DNA from: Felis catus
Taxonomy: Eukaryota
DNA length: 64,000 nucleotides
Assembly: GCF_018350175.1 (NCBI RefSeq)
Contig: NC_058368.1
Span: 171,060,001 to 171,124,000 of the forward strand
Direction of reading: 5' to 3'
The notes below the pieces were generated by a model. The model did not search any database and had not been told where the DNA came from. It saw nothing but the letters and a program-made list of their open reading frames with translations. This document shows, one piece after another, positions 1-13,326 of this stretch; positions within the stretch are counted from its first letter, which is position 1; each line of letters begins with the position of its first letter. A program made the position numbers and the translations under genes.

Positions 1-1227
1 TGGCAGCTTAGCAATGGTATCAGCCAGTTCTGGTTCTGCAACCCAGCCTGTGCTTTTGGCCAAATGGGAAGTGCAGTTTGTTCCGTGATCTGCTGTTTGC
101 AAAAAAGAAACCACGGCATAGTGACAAGTGGCCAAGGAAGGACTTGGGCTATACAATATTGCATGTTAAAACCCTGGGTTTCTGGGCACAGAAAGTAGAA
201 ATGCTTTCAGAGCCATTGGCACAGTTAAACTATATCCCCCGCCACTGCCACACCTAGCCCAGCTCAGACCCTTATTGTGTAGGTGAGGAAACCGAGTCCC
301 AGAGACATGTGGTCATTTGCCGGAGTTCATGTAGGTCACTGTTGGAAAGTTGTGTCTATAACTTGGGTCCCCTGACTTCCAGCTCATTGTTTATGACACT
401 ATACTGTGTGGCTGTCAAGGGCTTTTTCACCATCCTTCACCTACAGTGCCACCCTAAACCTCAAAACTGTCCAAGTCAGCTTGCTGCATGCCAAATAAAA
501 TAACATGTCTGAGTACATGTTTGAGCTGTGGAGCCAAAAAACCTGAGTATAATCTCCTCTCCACTCAAGAATCGTCCATTTCCTCACCAGCCAGCGCTGG
601 TGACTTTGCACCCTCATTCTACAGAGAACAAAAGAATATAAACACCAAACCATACTACTGGTCTCGTCAAATTCCTTCAGTGTTTCCCTACAGGAGTTCA
701 AACCCCTTGCCTCAGTACCAGAGGCGGCCCTTAGCCTGCCCTAAACCTCCCGACTTCCTTTCTGCTCACTCACTCCTCACCCTGTTTGTCCCTGTCATTG
801 CTGTATTCTTGCCCTCCCCCCACCCCCCACTCTCCTGTTCCCCTTGACCAAAGTGCCCATCCTACGCTATTCTTCACTGAATTCTAGCTGAACCTCAAAG
901 ACCCAAATTCTTTTTGCCAGGTTTTGCTCAAGAGGGATCCCTTCCACATCCTCTCTGACATCGTGTAAGCACTCCCTGAACCCAGAGTACATAAGGTCTG
1001 GTATTGTCTTTTGTATGCACATCACCCAGGTTTCCCCTTTCTTAAAGGCTCTCATGCTTTTTCATGCCTACTGAACACACCTTGCCTCGCCCTTCTTACC
1101 TCTGCACCTTTGCCCACACTGTTCTCTTGCTTGGAATTCTATTTCTCATTTTTGCCTACTAGAATCTTATGTGCATATCAAAGTTGAGCTGAAATACCAA
1201 CCTCCATGAAACGTTCTCTAATATTTT

Positions 1228-1640
1228 GTATTCTAAGGCTGCTGTAACAAATTACCACAAACTTAGTGGCTTAAAACAACACAAATTTATAATTCTGGAA
1301 GTCAAGAATCTGAAATGGCTTTCACAATCAAAGTATCAGGTCTGTGTGTTTTCCAGAGGCTCTAGAGGAGAATCCATTTCTTTGCCTTTTTCATCTTCTA
1401 GAAACTCGTGGCATCCCTTGCCTTGTGGCCCCCTTTTCCATCTTCAAAGCCAGCAGAGTAGCATCTTGAAATACCTCTCTGCTTCTGGAATGACACTGCA
1501 TTCCCTGTCTGAACTTCCTGCTTCCCTCTTCTGAGTACCTTTGTGATGACATTGGGACCACCTGGATATTCCAAGAAACCCACCACAATGTCCCCGAATT
1601 CATCACATCTTCAAGGTCCCTTTTACCATGTAAAGTAATC
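1228..1640 (-). mobile_element. MaLR solo LTR (MLT1C/D-like)
   Basis: Typical ggctgctgtaacaaattaccacaaacttagtggcttaaaacaaca end and tctagaggagaatcc...cttaccatgtaa internal motifs. Confidence 0.75.
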
Positions 1641-1999
1641 CTATTTAGGTTAGGATAAACTCTTTGAGAGCAAAGACTGTGTCTTTTCTTTATATTCTGA
1701 ATCAGAGCCCCAAGCTCAGCCAGTAAAGCTCTACTACTGAGAAGTGCTTCTTTGGCTTGAAAGCCAGGCCATAGAGATATTTGCCTTCTTTGCAGCTGAC
1801 TGACTCGTGTTCCAGAACAGTTGGGCTGTACATGAGGCCCTGTGAACTCTGGGCCCTGTGAATTCCAGGCTTACAGCTGCACATGGTGTGATGTATTCAT
1901 GAGGTGTGATGTAGCATCTTAGCACATAGAGTGGCTTAGCATGATGTATCTACACAGAGAAAACCTACTAAAATACACCTGAACTCTCATGTTTTCTGT

Positions 2000-2520
2000 T
2001 GGTAGCTATATAAATTATTGCAGTTTTTCTAGGGAGTGGTTTGGCAACAGATTTGAACATTTTAATTGTGCATATCCTTTTTCCTTATGATTTCATTTCA
2101 AGGAACATTCCAACCTTTCTCTCCCACGGTGATGCCCACACATGGGCACAAAGATTATTTACACAATTATGTTCATTGTAGAAGTATCTGTAGCAATGGA
2201 TAATTGGAAACAATGTAAAAGTCTATCAGTATGGTACTAGTTATTAAATTATGGTATAGTAACAAAAAGGGGGTAGTAAGCAGACATTCAGACAAGAGGG
2301 AGGTTCATAAACTAGCATGGAAAATGTTCACAACATGTTGTTAAATTAAAAAAAAAACAAGTTGCATACAGTACATCTATAACTGTTTGGCTTTTGAAAA
2401 CAAAATCATAATATACATACAATAATATATATATAATAGAAATATCTGGAAGATAAAGACGTTATCTCTTGGGTCTGTGATTTTGGAACGTTTTCACCTT
2501 CTCTGAGTATTTGAACATGA
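2000..2520 (+). mobile_element. Old L1 (L1M-type) 3' fragment
   Basis: Degenerate L1 3' motifs (ttctagggagtggtttggcaa, aattggaaacaatgtaaaagtctatcagt, aaattatggtata). Confidence 0.55.
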
Positions 2521-3662
2521 TTTTACAGTTACGGTTTGCTTCTATTGTTAGAAAAAGGGAAAGAAACCTATTTCTGAAAAAATACAGCAACAGATGCTAC
2601 GTGAATCCTGCAAATGAGAGAGGTCAGTAATGGGCAGTTGGTTAGAGACCAAGGCATTTTTTTTTTCCCAGAGGAAATGGAAAGCCAAGAAGGAGGTGGT
2701 ACCCCTTGTTAAATTTCCTGAAATCAACTGCTTTACATTTTCTGTCTCCTCTACAATGTGACAGTAGTCACATAAAAATGTTTCTTAGTGACATTAGGAT
2801 GTCACAATTCTACTACTCTCTACATCTGACCCTTTTCAGTGTTTCTGCAGCTCGACAATAAGCTTAAGGAGATCTTCCAGAATTCCCAGGATGAGGAGGG
2901 AGAATTCAGTATTGTTACTGAATTGCTAACTGTCCTATACCAGTTCGATCATTCACTTGAATCTGAGGTTTTTCTTAGTATGTTTGTTTATTTGTTTATT
3001 TGCTTTGTGAATAATGATAGATAATTTTGGTAGGTAATATTTAGAAGTGGGTGAGATTAGTTACCTCCTGACAAAGTCACTGCCAACAGTTCATACAGTC
3101 TGAAATGCCAGCTCTCTGTCTTTCGTGTAATCTGACCATACTTTTTGTGGAGAAATCTCTAGATAGGACAATATTTTAGTGGCAGAAATCTGTAGCTCTG
3201 AAGGAAGAGCTGGCTCCCAAGACTTACAGGACTGTCACAAGGGCAAAGGCTTAGAGTTTCAAAGCAGCTTAGCAGAACCTAACAAAACACTGAAGAGAAA
3301 AAAGCTGGAGACACAGACATGCCTGGGTTCAAATATTGGCTGTCTCCATATACTAATTTTGGTATGTTACATATTCACTTTTTGCTTCCACTTATTTATC
3401 TGTAAGGCAAGGTAATAAAAAAAACATGCTATTGGGATTAAAGGAAATAATGCATATAACTGTACACAGTAGCCAATAGACAACATTCATTAAATATAAA
3501 CAATTGTTGTCATTGTTTTGTGTGGTTCCAGGGGGAGAACTAGAATTTATCGGTGAGAATCAGAAATAGGAAAATAGTGAGTCAACTCAAAAAAAGTTTT
3601 CTGGCAATTATAAGTATTATAAAAATAGATTAAGCTATCTTTTGCAGAAATAAATTCCCATC

Positions 3663-3888
3663 GGGGCGCCTGGGTGGCGCAGTCGGTTAAGCGTCCGACT
3701 TCAGCCAGGTCACGATCTCGCGGTCCGTGAGTTCGAGCCCCGCGTCAGGCTCTGGGCTGATGGCCCAGAGCCTGGAGCCTGTTTCCGATTCTGTGTCTCC
3801 CTCTCTCTCTGCCCCTCCCCCGTTCATGCTCTGTCTCTCTCTGTCCCAAAAATAAATAAACGTTGAAAAAAATAATTAAAAAAAAAAA
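3663..3888 (+). mobile_element. Young felid CAN-SINE (SINEC_Fc type)
   Basis: ggggcgcctgggtggcgcagtcggttaagcgtccgac head, (CT)n region and A tail, with CpGs intact. 17-bp TSD agaaa(t/g)aaattcccatc at 3646-3662 and 3889-3905. Confidence 0.97.
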
Positions 3889-4987
3889 AGAAAGAAATTC
3901 CCATCAAGGGCAGTATCCAAGAAGAAACTATCTGAGGTCTTATCAGAGATTTATTTATCTAAGGCTTCGGGAGCGTTTCCTGCTCAGGGTAGAAGACTGG
4001 ATGTAGGGAGTTCTCTTCACTTCTCTGCAATACACAGATCCTATAATATTGGCCCATTTTCTTTCCTCGTAGGTATGGTTTAGATGTGATTATCCATGTG
4101 TAGTCACAGGAGGGTTCTCTTGTCTTTTACAGATTGAGAAGGCTTGTCTGTAGCGACCACTTTTTCTTCATTTCTAACTCTGTGCCCTTGTCCTGAAAAC
4201 CAGTCAGGAGCCCTTCACAGCATCTGTATTCGTTACAAGTAGCATAAATCATTTTCTGCTTTCACATTTCTTCAGGCTCATACACATTTCACCAGTCGGA
4301 CATTTCCCATTTCTTGATTTACGTCCATAGTCATAAACATCTTCAAACAACCCTAGCCCCATATTTGTTCTAAAAGATAGGTCTCTGTTGAAACAATAGG
4401 ACCTTGGTTCTGGAATTAAAATTGCACCCTGGGCTATCTCTCTAGCTCTAGCTTTCTGTCATTTGTATTTTTATGCCATTTGATTTTGCATAATTTTTGT
4501 GTATTTATCGGCCCCCCGTGCTCTTTTTTTCCACCAGTAAAGGCTACATGCAGCTCTTTATTCTTGAGCCCCTCCACCTCCACCCCCACCCCCATCCCTG
4601 TACTATTGCTTTCTGTACAGAAATTGTTTGCTGACTTCACTCAGACTTAAATTCTGCCTTGTCTGGGCCTTACCTCTGACCTCTAGCTGTGCCTGCTCAT
4701 CCTGTCCATTCCTTGGTTGTATTTCACCTCAGGATTCCCCTAACACCCAAAGCTGTCGCTTTGGGTGTAACTTTAACTGTAACTTTTAAACTTTTAAACT
4801 TTTAAACTTCTGTCGCTTTTACTGTAACTTTTAAAAAATTAGAATCAATTTTTAACCAGCTCATAATGTTTCCTGTGCCCATTGCTTCATGCATGAAGAG
4901 TCAGAGGCATCCCTTGGTCCTTGATGAATAGACTAATCATAAAATGATATAAATAATTTATAAACATTAAAAATGTTCACCCTCACT

Positions 4988-5098
4988 GGACACTTGTTGG
5001 GACAAGCACTGGGTGTTATATGTAAGTGATGAATCACTAAATTCTCCTGAAATCATTATTATACTATATGTTAACTAACTGGGATTTAAATAATTTAA
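4988..5098 (+). mobile_element. Heavily 5'-truncated carnivore L1 (about 110-bp 3' end) with TSD
   Basis: gcactgggtgttatatgtaagtgatgaatcactaaattct...tatatgttaactaactgg...aaataa, flanked by the duplication aaaaatgttcaccc(t/a)cact. Confidence 0.85.
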
Positions 5099-5409
5099 AA
5101 AATGTTCACCCACACTATTGTAAAATAGAAAATAGAGGCAATGAGGTACTACTTCTCACCTATGAAATCAGAGATTGCAAACTAGGTATGCGCTGCAAGC
5201 CTGATGGGGGTGTCCTAGGGCAGACAGACTATCCTATTGATCAAGGGTGATTTGGTACAGACTCTTGGGAAAGCACTTTGGCAAAATATAAAAGGAAACA
5301 CGACAGATACATACAGAGCTTTTGGAGCGTAAAGGTTCGTCACAGCATTATTTAGAGTGTGAAAAATAAGAAACAATATTAATGTCCAATGTAGGTAATA
5401 GGTAAGGTT

Positions 5410-6603
5410 TGTCACAACTGAGTGTTTTGCAGACATTCAATTCTGAAATCATGGTAGATTCACGTGCAGTTGTCAGAAATAAAACAGAGAGTTCCCATTT
5501 ACACTTACTTTACCCAGTTTTTCCAGTGATATCTTGTAAAACTCTAGCACAATATCACAGTCAGGATATTGGCATTGATACAGCCAAGATGCAGAATATC
5601 TCTGTCACTGCAAGGATCATTCATGTGGAGTTTTCATACCCTCCCTCCTGCCCACACCCCCTCTTCAGCCCCTAGCAACCACTAATCTGTCCTGTTTGTA
5701 TATGTTTGGCATTTTTGCACTGAGCAGAGTTCTCTGGAGGTTCATCTGGGTTGTTGCATGCATCAATAATGCATGTCTTTTTATTGCTGAGTAGTATTCC
5801 ATGATAGGGATATACACAGTCTGGTTATAGCTAAGCCATCGAAAGACATCTGGGGTGTTTGTAGTTTGGGGCTGTTATAAGTCAAGCTGCTGTAAACATT
5901 CACACGTAGGCTTTCACATGAACATAACTTTTTGTTTCTCTGGGGTAAATACCCAGGAATGCAATTGCTAGGTCCTATGTCAGTTGCGTGTTTAGTTTTT
6001 TAAGAAACTGCCAAACTGTTTTTCGGAGGAGTGTACATTTTTGCGTTCCTGCCAATGAAGCATGAGTGAGCCAGTTCTTCCTCATCTTCGTTAGCCGCCG
6101 TGTGACTATTTTTTAGTTTATATTCTGATAGTGTCTAGTGAAGTCTCACTGTGGTTTTCATGTGCATTTCCCTAATGGCTAATGATGTCGAGTACCTTTG
6201 TGTCTTATTTGCTGTCTGTATATTTTCCACATTGAAATGTCTCTTTGTGCCTTGTGCCATTTTCTAATTGGATTGTTTTTTTACCATTAAATTTTTTAAA
6301 ACTTGAGATATAATTAATGAATGAAACTCATCTCTTTAAGGTGTGTAATTCAAAAGATTGTGTAACCATCACATTTTATGTTAATCACCCTAAAAAGAAA
6401 GCCCACATCTGTTAGCAATCAATCTCCATTCTCTCCTTCCTTGGTTCCTGACAACTTCTAATCTACTTTCTATTTCTATAGATTTGTCCACTCCGGACAT
6501 TTAATAACAAACGGAATCATACAATATGTGGCCTTTTGTGACTGGCTTCTTTTACTTGACATATTGTTTTATTTTTTTAGCATTTTTTAAATGTTTGTTT
6601 ACT

Positions 6604-6640
<37 letters not shown>

Positions 6641-7160
6641 GAGTGTGAGTGGGGGAGGGGCACAGAGAGAGGGAGACACAGAATCCAAAGCAGGCCCCAG
6701 GGTCTGAGCTGTCAGCACGGGACCGACATGAGGCTTGAACTTGTGAACCAGGAAGTCATGACCTGAGCCGAAGTTGGATGCTTACCCGACTGAGCCACCC
6801 AGGCACCCCTACTGGACATAATGTTTTCAAGGTTCAACCTTTTTGTAGCATGTATCAGTGCTTCATTCCTTTTTATGGCTGCATAATATTACACTGTGTG
6901 GATAAACCACATTTTTTTAGCTATTTATCAGTTGAGGGACATTTAAGTTGCTTCCACTTTGGGGCTAATATGAATAGTGCTGCTATGTATGTTTGTATCC
7001 AAGTTTTTATGCGCACCTATTTTCAATTCTTTGGGCATATTTCTAGGAGTGGAATTGCTGAGTCATATGCTAAATCCACGTTTTAACTTTTTAAAGAAAC
7101 TGCCAAACTGTTTTCCAAAGCTGCTGCCCCACTTGACGTTCCCCCAATGGTGTATGAGTG
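5410..7160 (-). mobile_element. Old L1 (L1MA/MB-like) 3' fragments, interrupted by a SINE
   Basis: Two sets of antisense L1 3'UTR/ORF2-end motifs (ttttattgctgagtagtattcc, aagaaactgccaaactgtttt, gtggaattgctgagtcatatg). Confidence 0.8.
6571..6809 (-). mobile_element. CAN-SINE (SINEC_Fc) nested in L1
   Basis: Antisense SINE body ending gagccacccaggcacccc. TSD of about 18 bp, tact(t/g)gacata(t/a)tgtttt, at 6553-6570 and 6810-6827. Confidence 0.93.
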
Positions 7161-8980
7161 TGTAGGAAATGTAACGATTTCAGGAAAAGGCTCTGCCATC
7201 TTAGATAAAACATTTCTTTCTGGGCAGTGAATTATCCCTCAGCTGAACTACTGATCTTGACCGCGCAGTGCTGCAGAGGGTCCATATGTTTAGTGATATA
7301 AATTATAGCCCCTCAGGCGTCCTACGCACACAATGAGCAAGGACTCTTTCATACCCTTTCCCAGAGTCTGCCACTGCAATTTTCACATGTCCCTCTGAGC
7401 TAATCATCCTCCTTCAGGAGAACTCCCATCAAATACTCCCTCATTATCACATCTGACAAAGCAGATCCTAGCTGTTAATGACAAATTAAAGAGTTCTAGT
7501 CACCCCTCTCTCCTAGAAAGCAGTGCCCCTCAGTTCTGTAGGGAACATCTGCTTTTCAGAAACTAGTGTTGGCATTTTAAGGCGTGAGCCAGTAGGGAGA
7601 TCACCCCTGCAGGGGCCTGAGGAGGCTCTCTTGCTTGCTACCTTCTCCCAGAAAGCCAGCCCCTTAGGCACAAACAGCTCAAGCAAAGAGCAGGAGGTGG
7701 TCTAGGGCCTCTGAAAAAGAAGGGGCTGACTCCCTCCATCTCAGGGGCGATGGGAACAGCACTGTGGTGAGGAGCATAGTGGAAACTCTGTGCAGGACTG
7801 GGTGGCTCCCTACAGCTGTTAGGCAGGAACCAGGACTCCCACTTTCTCAGCTTAGCTGTGTCATAGGGGAAGTCTCTGCCACGGACCCTATCATTTCTGA
7901 AAAGAAGCTGGGTCAGCTATGAACAAGCGTTCTTGGCCCGAGGGCATTAGGGGTGGTGAGAGATCCAGAAAATGGATCACAGGGATGCTGGCTGAAGGAA
8001 CTGAGGCAGTTTGGCCTGGAGGAGAAACAGGGAAGGGGAGCAGGACGTGAGAGGCTGCTGTGCTGAAGGAGGAGCCCACTTAGTCTGTGCAGCTCTGAGA
8101 GCCCAGCTAGGACCAAAGGGTGGGTGGAAAGTAATGGAAGGCGTTGGGCTCAGAAAGGTTCCAACTAATAATTAAAGCTGCCCAACTCGAAGGAATCAGC
8201 AAATTAATGCATTCTTAAAATTCTCTATTCCATGAGGCTTTCACGTAGCCACATGGGTCTCTCGGTGACATAGCTAAGCTGTGCATTAATGGGACTGTGC
8301 ATTGTGTGAGGGAAGAGATTAATTTCGTACTGCTTCCAGTAGCTATGCTCAGGGGTGAGCCTAATGGACACACACAATAAAATAAACGGTGACCCCCTTT
8401 TTCTGCCCTGATTCCAGAGCTGCTTGCTGCTCTTTGGGCTTTCCCCCAGGAGTGCTGGGGTCTCTGGGACTAAAAGGCTGGGAGTCTGCTCTACAAGCCC
8501 ACTTCTCTTACCATCCCACCCCCTCCTCCTGTGACTGTTAACCCAGCTCTTTTGGATATCCTGGATAGAGATAGAATGACATGTTTGGAAGAATCTGGGG
8601 GAATAGGATTTTACCACTAAAGAGATTTGACCTTGTGAGGGAATTAAATAAAGGCTCTAAGAAGAATTGCCAGTCTCTACAGACTCATGGAATTTGCAGC
8701 TCAGGAAGGTTGATGTCTAGGCTCTCCCCCATGTGGTTGGTTAGTGCCTCAGTAGACCATCCATCGATAGGCAATCTGAATCTTTTGCTTCCCCGTCAAA
8801 AATTTTTGGTGCTATGTCTTATCAGGGTTTTACCCTCTGCAGTGCCTTAAGTTCATGGCCAGCTACTTTAAAGGCTTCCATCAGAACAGTGGGGGAATTC
8901 AGGCATTGTGGCGGGGTGGGAAGAATTTCTGGCCAAGAGTGAGTTCCTCAAAATAACAGTGAATAGGTAGTTTTCTAGCT

Positions 8981-11725
8981 CAGAGGTTTTCAAACTTTTT
9001 GGTTCTTATACTAAGAGAATCTTAGTAAAGTCTGTATCATCATGCAATTTTAAGTTAATAAAGTTTTTCTTCATAAGTTTAAATATTTTCAAAGGGTATA
9101 ATTGGGAGCATATTATAAATGTTAACATTTTAAAATAAAAGTTGTATTTTTTTTGGTAAGTGTATATAATCAAATCTAAACAAGGCAATTGATAATCTAT
9201 CATTCTATTTTTAAAAAGAAACTTACTTAACTTGCAGAAATTTGACTTCTTTTCTCCTTGAACTCAAATTTTCATTCCATTTGTCCTCCAAAATTTTACT
9301 TTAATATAATTTTTGTTTAAAAGGTTTTATTAATTACACATTTACCTTTAATAAAAATGTATCTAAATTAAAATTTTTAACTTTTATGTTCTGTGACCAT
9401 AAAACTCTAAGCATTAAAAAAAAAAATCTGTGTGACTGGGGTACCTGGGTGGCTCAGTTGGTTAAGTGTCTGACTTTGGCTCCGGTCATGATCTTATGGT
9501 TCGTGAGTTCAAGCCCCACATAGGGCTCTGTGCTGACAGTTCAGAGCCTGGATCCAGCTTCAAATTCTGTGTGTCCCTCTCTCTCTGCCCCTCCCCTGAT
9601 CATGCTCTGTCTCTCTCTTTCAAAAATAGACATTAAAAAAAAAATCTGTGTGATTGAATTATCACGATTAGCAATACACTACTGATTAAAACAACATGAA
9701 TACATTATACTAATTAATAAATACAAAAAAAGCAAATGCATCGCTTGATCTATTGCAAATGCATCACTTGATGAGATGAACTTTCTTCAGTTAGTTCATG
9801 TATCTGTAGAGGAATAGTATTTCTTGCTAGAAGGAGATTGGTCAACTTCAATTCTATTTCTATTTTTTGGTGTTTATAGATGTAAACTGCAGGAATTTAA
9901 AGTATTTTATTATAGCAATGCAATTCAATAATTTTAATTTCTGTGTCAGATGCCAAAATTCATCTACTGCAAAACATATTTTTAATCTTCCGTCACCTGA
10001 CAACTTGATTAGGTTCTTCTTCGTTTTTCTTACAAGCGGTGAATTGGAAAGCACGTGACTTGCAAAGAGCTTTGTTCTTGTCATTAGCATAATTCACTTT
10101 CTTAATTTATGGGAAGAGCACCAAAAGAGCTCTGCTAAGACTTATCACTGTTTTTATGCCGTTAACACTTTCACTTAGACTCACCTTTTAAAATTCTGTG
10201 TCTTCAGAAAAGATAGGAAAAACAGGTACATTATTCATTTCATTACACTTTTGCCAAAATAATGCCTTTTGATAAAATGCTTCGACCTATTTTTTGCTTT
10301 AAGCATGTTACTATTACTCGAGGGCTGCAAATTCAGCTCCTTCACAGAAAATGTCTGTCACAAACCTTATTGGCAGAACGAGGCTTTGTTGCCAAACCAA
10401 GTAGCCAACTCAGATATGCTTTCTGTCAGAAAAAACTTTGACTTGGCTTTTCAATTCACATGGCCATTTTGAAGATTATTATACAAATCAGTGAAGATTA
10501 AAAGCATATCTTGTGAAACTGATCACTGAAGACAAATATTAAAATTATAAAGATCTAATATAATTATTCCATGTTCAAGTTATTAAAATAAGACAATCAA
10601 AAGACTCTTTTTCATAGAAAGAACAGTGATAAAAGGCACGGTAGATCTCTGGTAAAACCGTATATTAGATACTGCTGACTGGCTTTGGAGAAGAACTAGT
10701 ATAAAAATCAGAACTACCACAATGATGTAGAAAGGTCCTAGGCTACTAATCAGTCTGGCAGCACATAATTTTTTTGTTATGAAAAAAATATTAAACATTT
10801 AATAAGATAGAATCTGATGAGAATGGACTATAACTGAAATGAATACTTTATGTTATGGTTTGACGCAACAGGTTTTGACAACTGTATTAACTAACACGCA
10901 TCAAACCTGAAGACGCACAGGAAAGTTTATCCTTGGTTTTATCCACTTTATCTTGTAAAAACCAATGGTATTCCCTAAAGCCTCTCTAGTTACATTGAAA
11001 ATAGTCAGCATTGCAAAGCTATGTTGCTTTAGCTGCCCTAAGTTGCTTTTCTTCCCAGTTAAGATATATCCTAGGGATGAGTAAGGAGAACTGTGGAAAA
11101 TAATTGTTTACGAGTACGTGAAGAGGCCATTTTTGGTATTCCATGTCTCTGACTGATTTTCTCCATGCTTCATTCTCTCAGGGCTCTCCCTCAAAAGCAA
11201 GGGGTTCTTTGACAAGAGAGTAAGGATGTGGAAGAGGAAATGGGATGATATAAAAATTGTTACTATTTCTATCACTCCACTTTACCATATGTATCTGAAT
11301 TCTAAAAAACCATATAAGCATCCAAACACCTTATTTCTGTTTTTCTAATGTATCACTTTTAACATGTGTTTAAGAAGGGGAAGCCAAAAGTTCTATGGAT
11401 TTGTGATTAAAGGAACATTTAAAGGACCACAAAGATTCCATTAAAGGAAATGTTCTCTTTGCCACATCTGGAGATTTGTGGTCATATTAAGGGCAATGTG
11501 TTATATTAAGATTTGGAATAGGTGAAACTTATATCTTCATTTTTAGAATGTGGGGAAAGGGCTAATATGAATACAGACTGATTCTCAGTAGATCAATTTT
11601 AGTAAAAAGCATGATAGGTTTAGGGGATTTGGAAATTAATTCCCTTAGAACTATCCATGAGCATATACTCCTTGGAAACACTTCACATGCCCTGAAGCAC
11701 ACATACCCTAGTTTAAAAATCACGA
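8981..11725 (-). mobile_element. Fossil hAT-Charlie DNA transposon (about 2.5 kb plus a nested SINE) with decayed transposase
   Basis: Left TIR cagaggttttcaaact (8981) after a ttctagct target, and a degenerate right TIR agtttaaaaatcacga (11710-11725). The minus strand at about 10265-10420 reads, with frameshifts, DIF..ELNLQ...NSNMLKAKN-VEAFYQK, resembling the Charlie/Buster transposase segment ADIF..LNELNL.LQG. Confidence 0.7.
9438..9640 (+). mobile_element. CAN-SINE (SINEC_Fc) nested in the Charlie element
   Basis: ggggtacctgggtggctcagttggttaag head, with TSD aaaaaatctgtgtga(c/t)t on both sides. Confidence 0.93.
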
Positions 11726-12145
11726 ACTTATCAGACCTCTGTGTCGTCTAACCTGACCCAGTCCAAGATTTTTTTTTTTTTTTTTTTTTTTTACCATGGT
11801 CTTCTCAGTCACTGAGGCAGGGTCATCAGAAGTTTAAAAGAGGACCTGGGAGTGCAGATGGGATGGCAGCCCCTGTTCTGGGAACAGTAAAGGGAAGCCT
11901 GTTCCCAGTCTGGTGTTCATATAGAACTGCATGCTCCTCAGCTACCAAACTAAAAGGTCTCGGAAGGTTCCCTGGCCCTTTGTTGGTGAATAAGCACATC
12001 ACCGTTCCCTGAAACCAGGGATTTGTGTTGCAAACCCACAAGCCAACGGTGGCAGGCACGTAGTATAAGAAAAGAAGAGGTTATGAGCACTGGATCTTGG
12101 AGGGGTAGTGGCCAAGAGGGCCAGAGGTGGCCTTCCAACCCCTCT

Positions 12146-12309
12146 GTTGCCAGATCTTCCAGTTTTCAAGGGAAGACAAAAAGCTGCATTTTCACATAAA
12201 ATCTTCCAATTTGTAAATGCTGGCAATTTAACGTTTTTATAAAACACCCAGCAGGCAAAACAAGTCTACAGGTCCTATCTGATCCATGGCTGTTGGTTAG
12301 CTATCTCTG
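12146..12309. mobile_element. hAT-Charlie MITE fragment (MER102-like)
   Basis: gttgccagatcttccagttttcaagggaag...aaatcttccaatttgtaaatgctggcaa...gcaaaacaagtctacagg pattern, recalled from the MER102 consensus. Confidence 0.6.
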
Positions 12310-12859
12310 CCCAAAGGTGACATGGTTGTTTGCCTCCAAAGAGAGAACAGAGTGGTTCCTAATCAGAGTTTGTGTTTCCCACATGGACTCCAGCTAGCGC
12401 ACTAGTTTTTTTACCTCTGCCTCAGCAGTTATTAACCCTTAGCTTAGCAAGTCATAGCTGGGTCCCGAAGGTTTCAAGTGAAGCGAATCTTTCAAGCTTC
12501 CTGGAGGCTGAGGGAGTTGTCATCAGCAAACTGAAGTCCACTGAGTTGAATAGAGCTTTAGACGTCATTTATTCTAGCTTTCCTGTTTTTACAGTTTCCA
12601 ATACATTCTCCAAATCTTCCCTTCGGGGGTGACAATACTAGTCTTAATAAATGGAGGCTATGCAACCCCAATATTACAGTTCTTGGATGCTATCCTTAGA
12701 CACCTTCAATCTGGAAAGTTGAAACTTCTCTCTGGAACTCTGAAGACTGTAAAAACCTCTTCAGTGAAAGTAGCTATGATTCTATTTCAACCTTCTCACT
12801 TGCAGCCCCTGGCTTACAATTACCCTGAGTGCTTTAACTTCAGATGGTATGCTGCTTTT

Positions 12860-13326
12860 AAAATGTGGCCATAAACTCTTTAATATTTTTCTCCTTAGGA
12901 GGTAGAGCATAATTTCCTCCCTGTGATTGTGGGCTATATTTAGTGACTTGCTTCTAATGAATAGAATATGATAGATGATAGTGACTTCTGAGAATAGGTC
13001 ACAGGCATTGTGGCTCGCTCCCAGCTCTCGAATTACTTGCTCTAGGGGAAGCCAGAGGTCATGAGGACACTTAAGTAGCCTTGTGTGGAGGCCCGTGAGT
13101 GGAGGAACAGAGTTCTCCTGCCAACAGAGGATTCTCCAGCCCTAGTCAAGCCTTCAGACGACTGCAGCTTGGTAACATCTTGACGGCAAGCTCATGAGAT
13201 CCTGAGCCGGAAGCACTGGCTAAATTGTTCCTGACTAGACTAGAATCTGTGAGGTGAGAAAAGTTTGTTGTTCCAGGATGCAGGGTGTGGATGTCATGTG
13301 TTACGTGGCAATAGATAACTAATAGA
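12860..13326 (+). mobile_element. MaLR solo LTR (MLT1F-like)
   Basis: tagtgacttgcttctaatgaatagaat, cagtcaagccttcag-type core and gcaatagataactaata terminus. Confidence 0.75.

Noticed and set aside
3663..3745. tRNA-like A/B box sequence
   Set aside because: It is the tRNA-derived head of a CAN-SINE, not a tRNA gene. The same applies to all other SINE copies.
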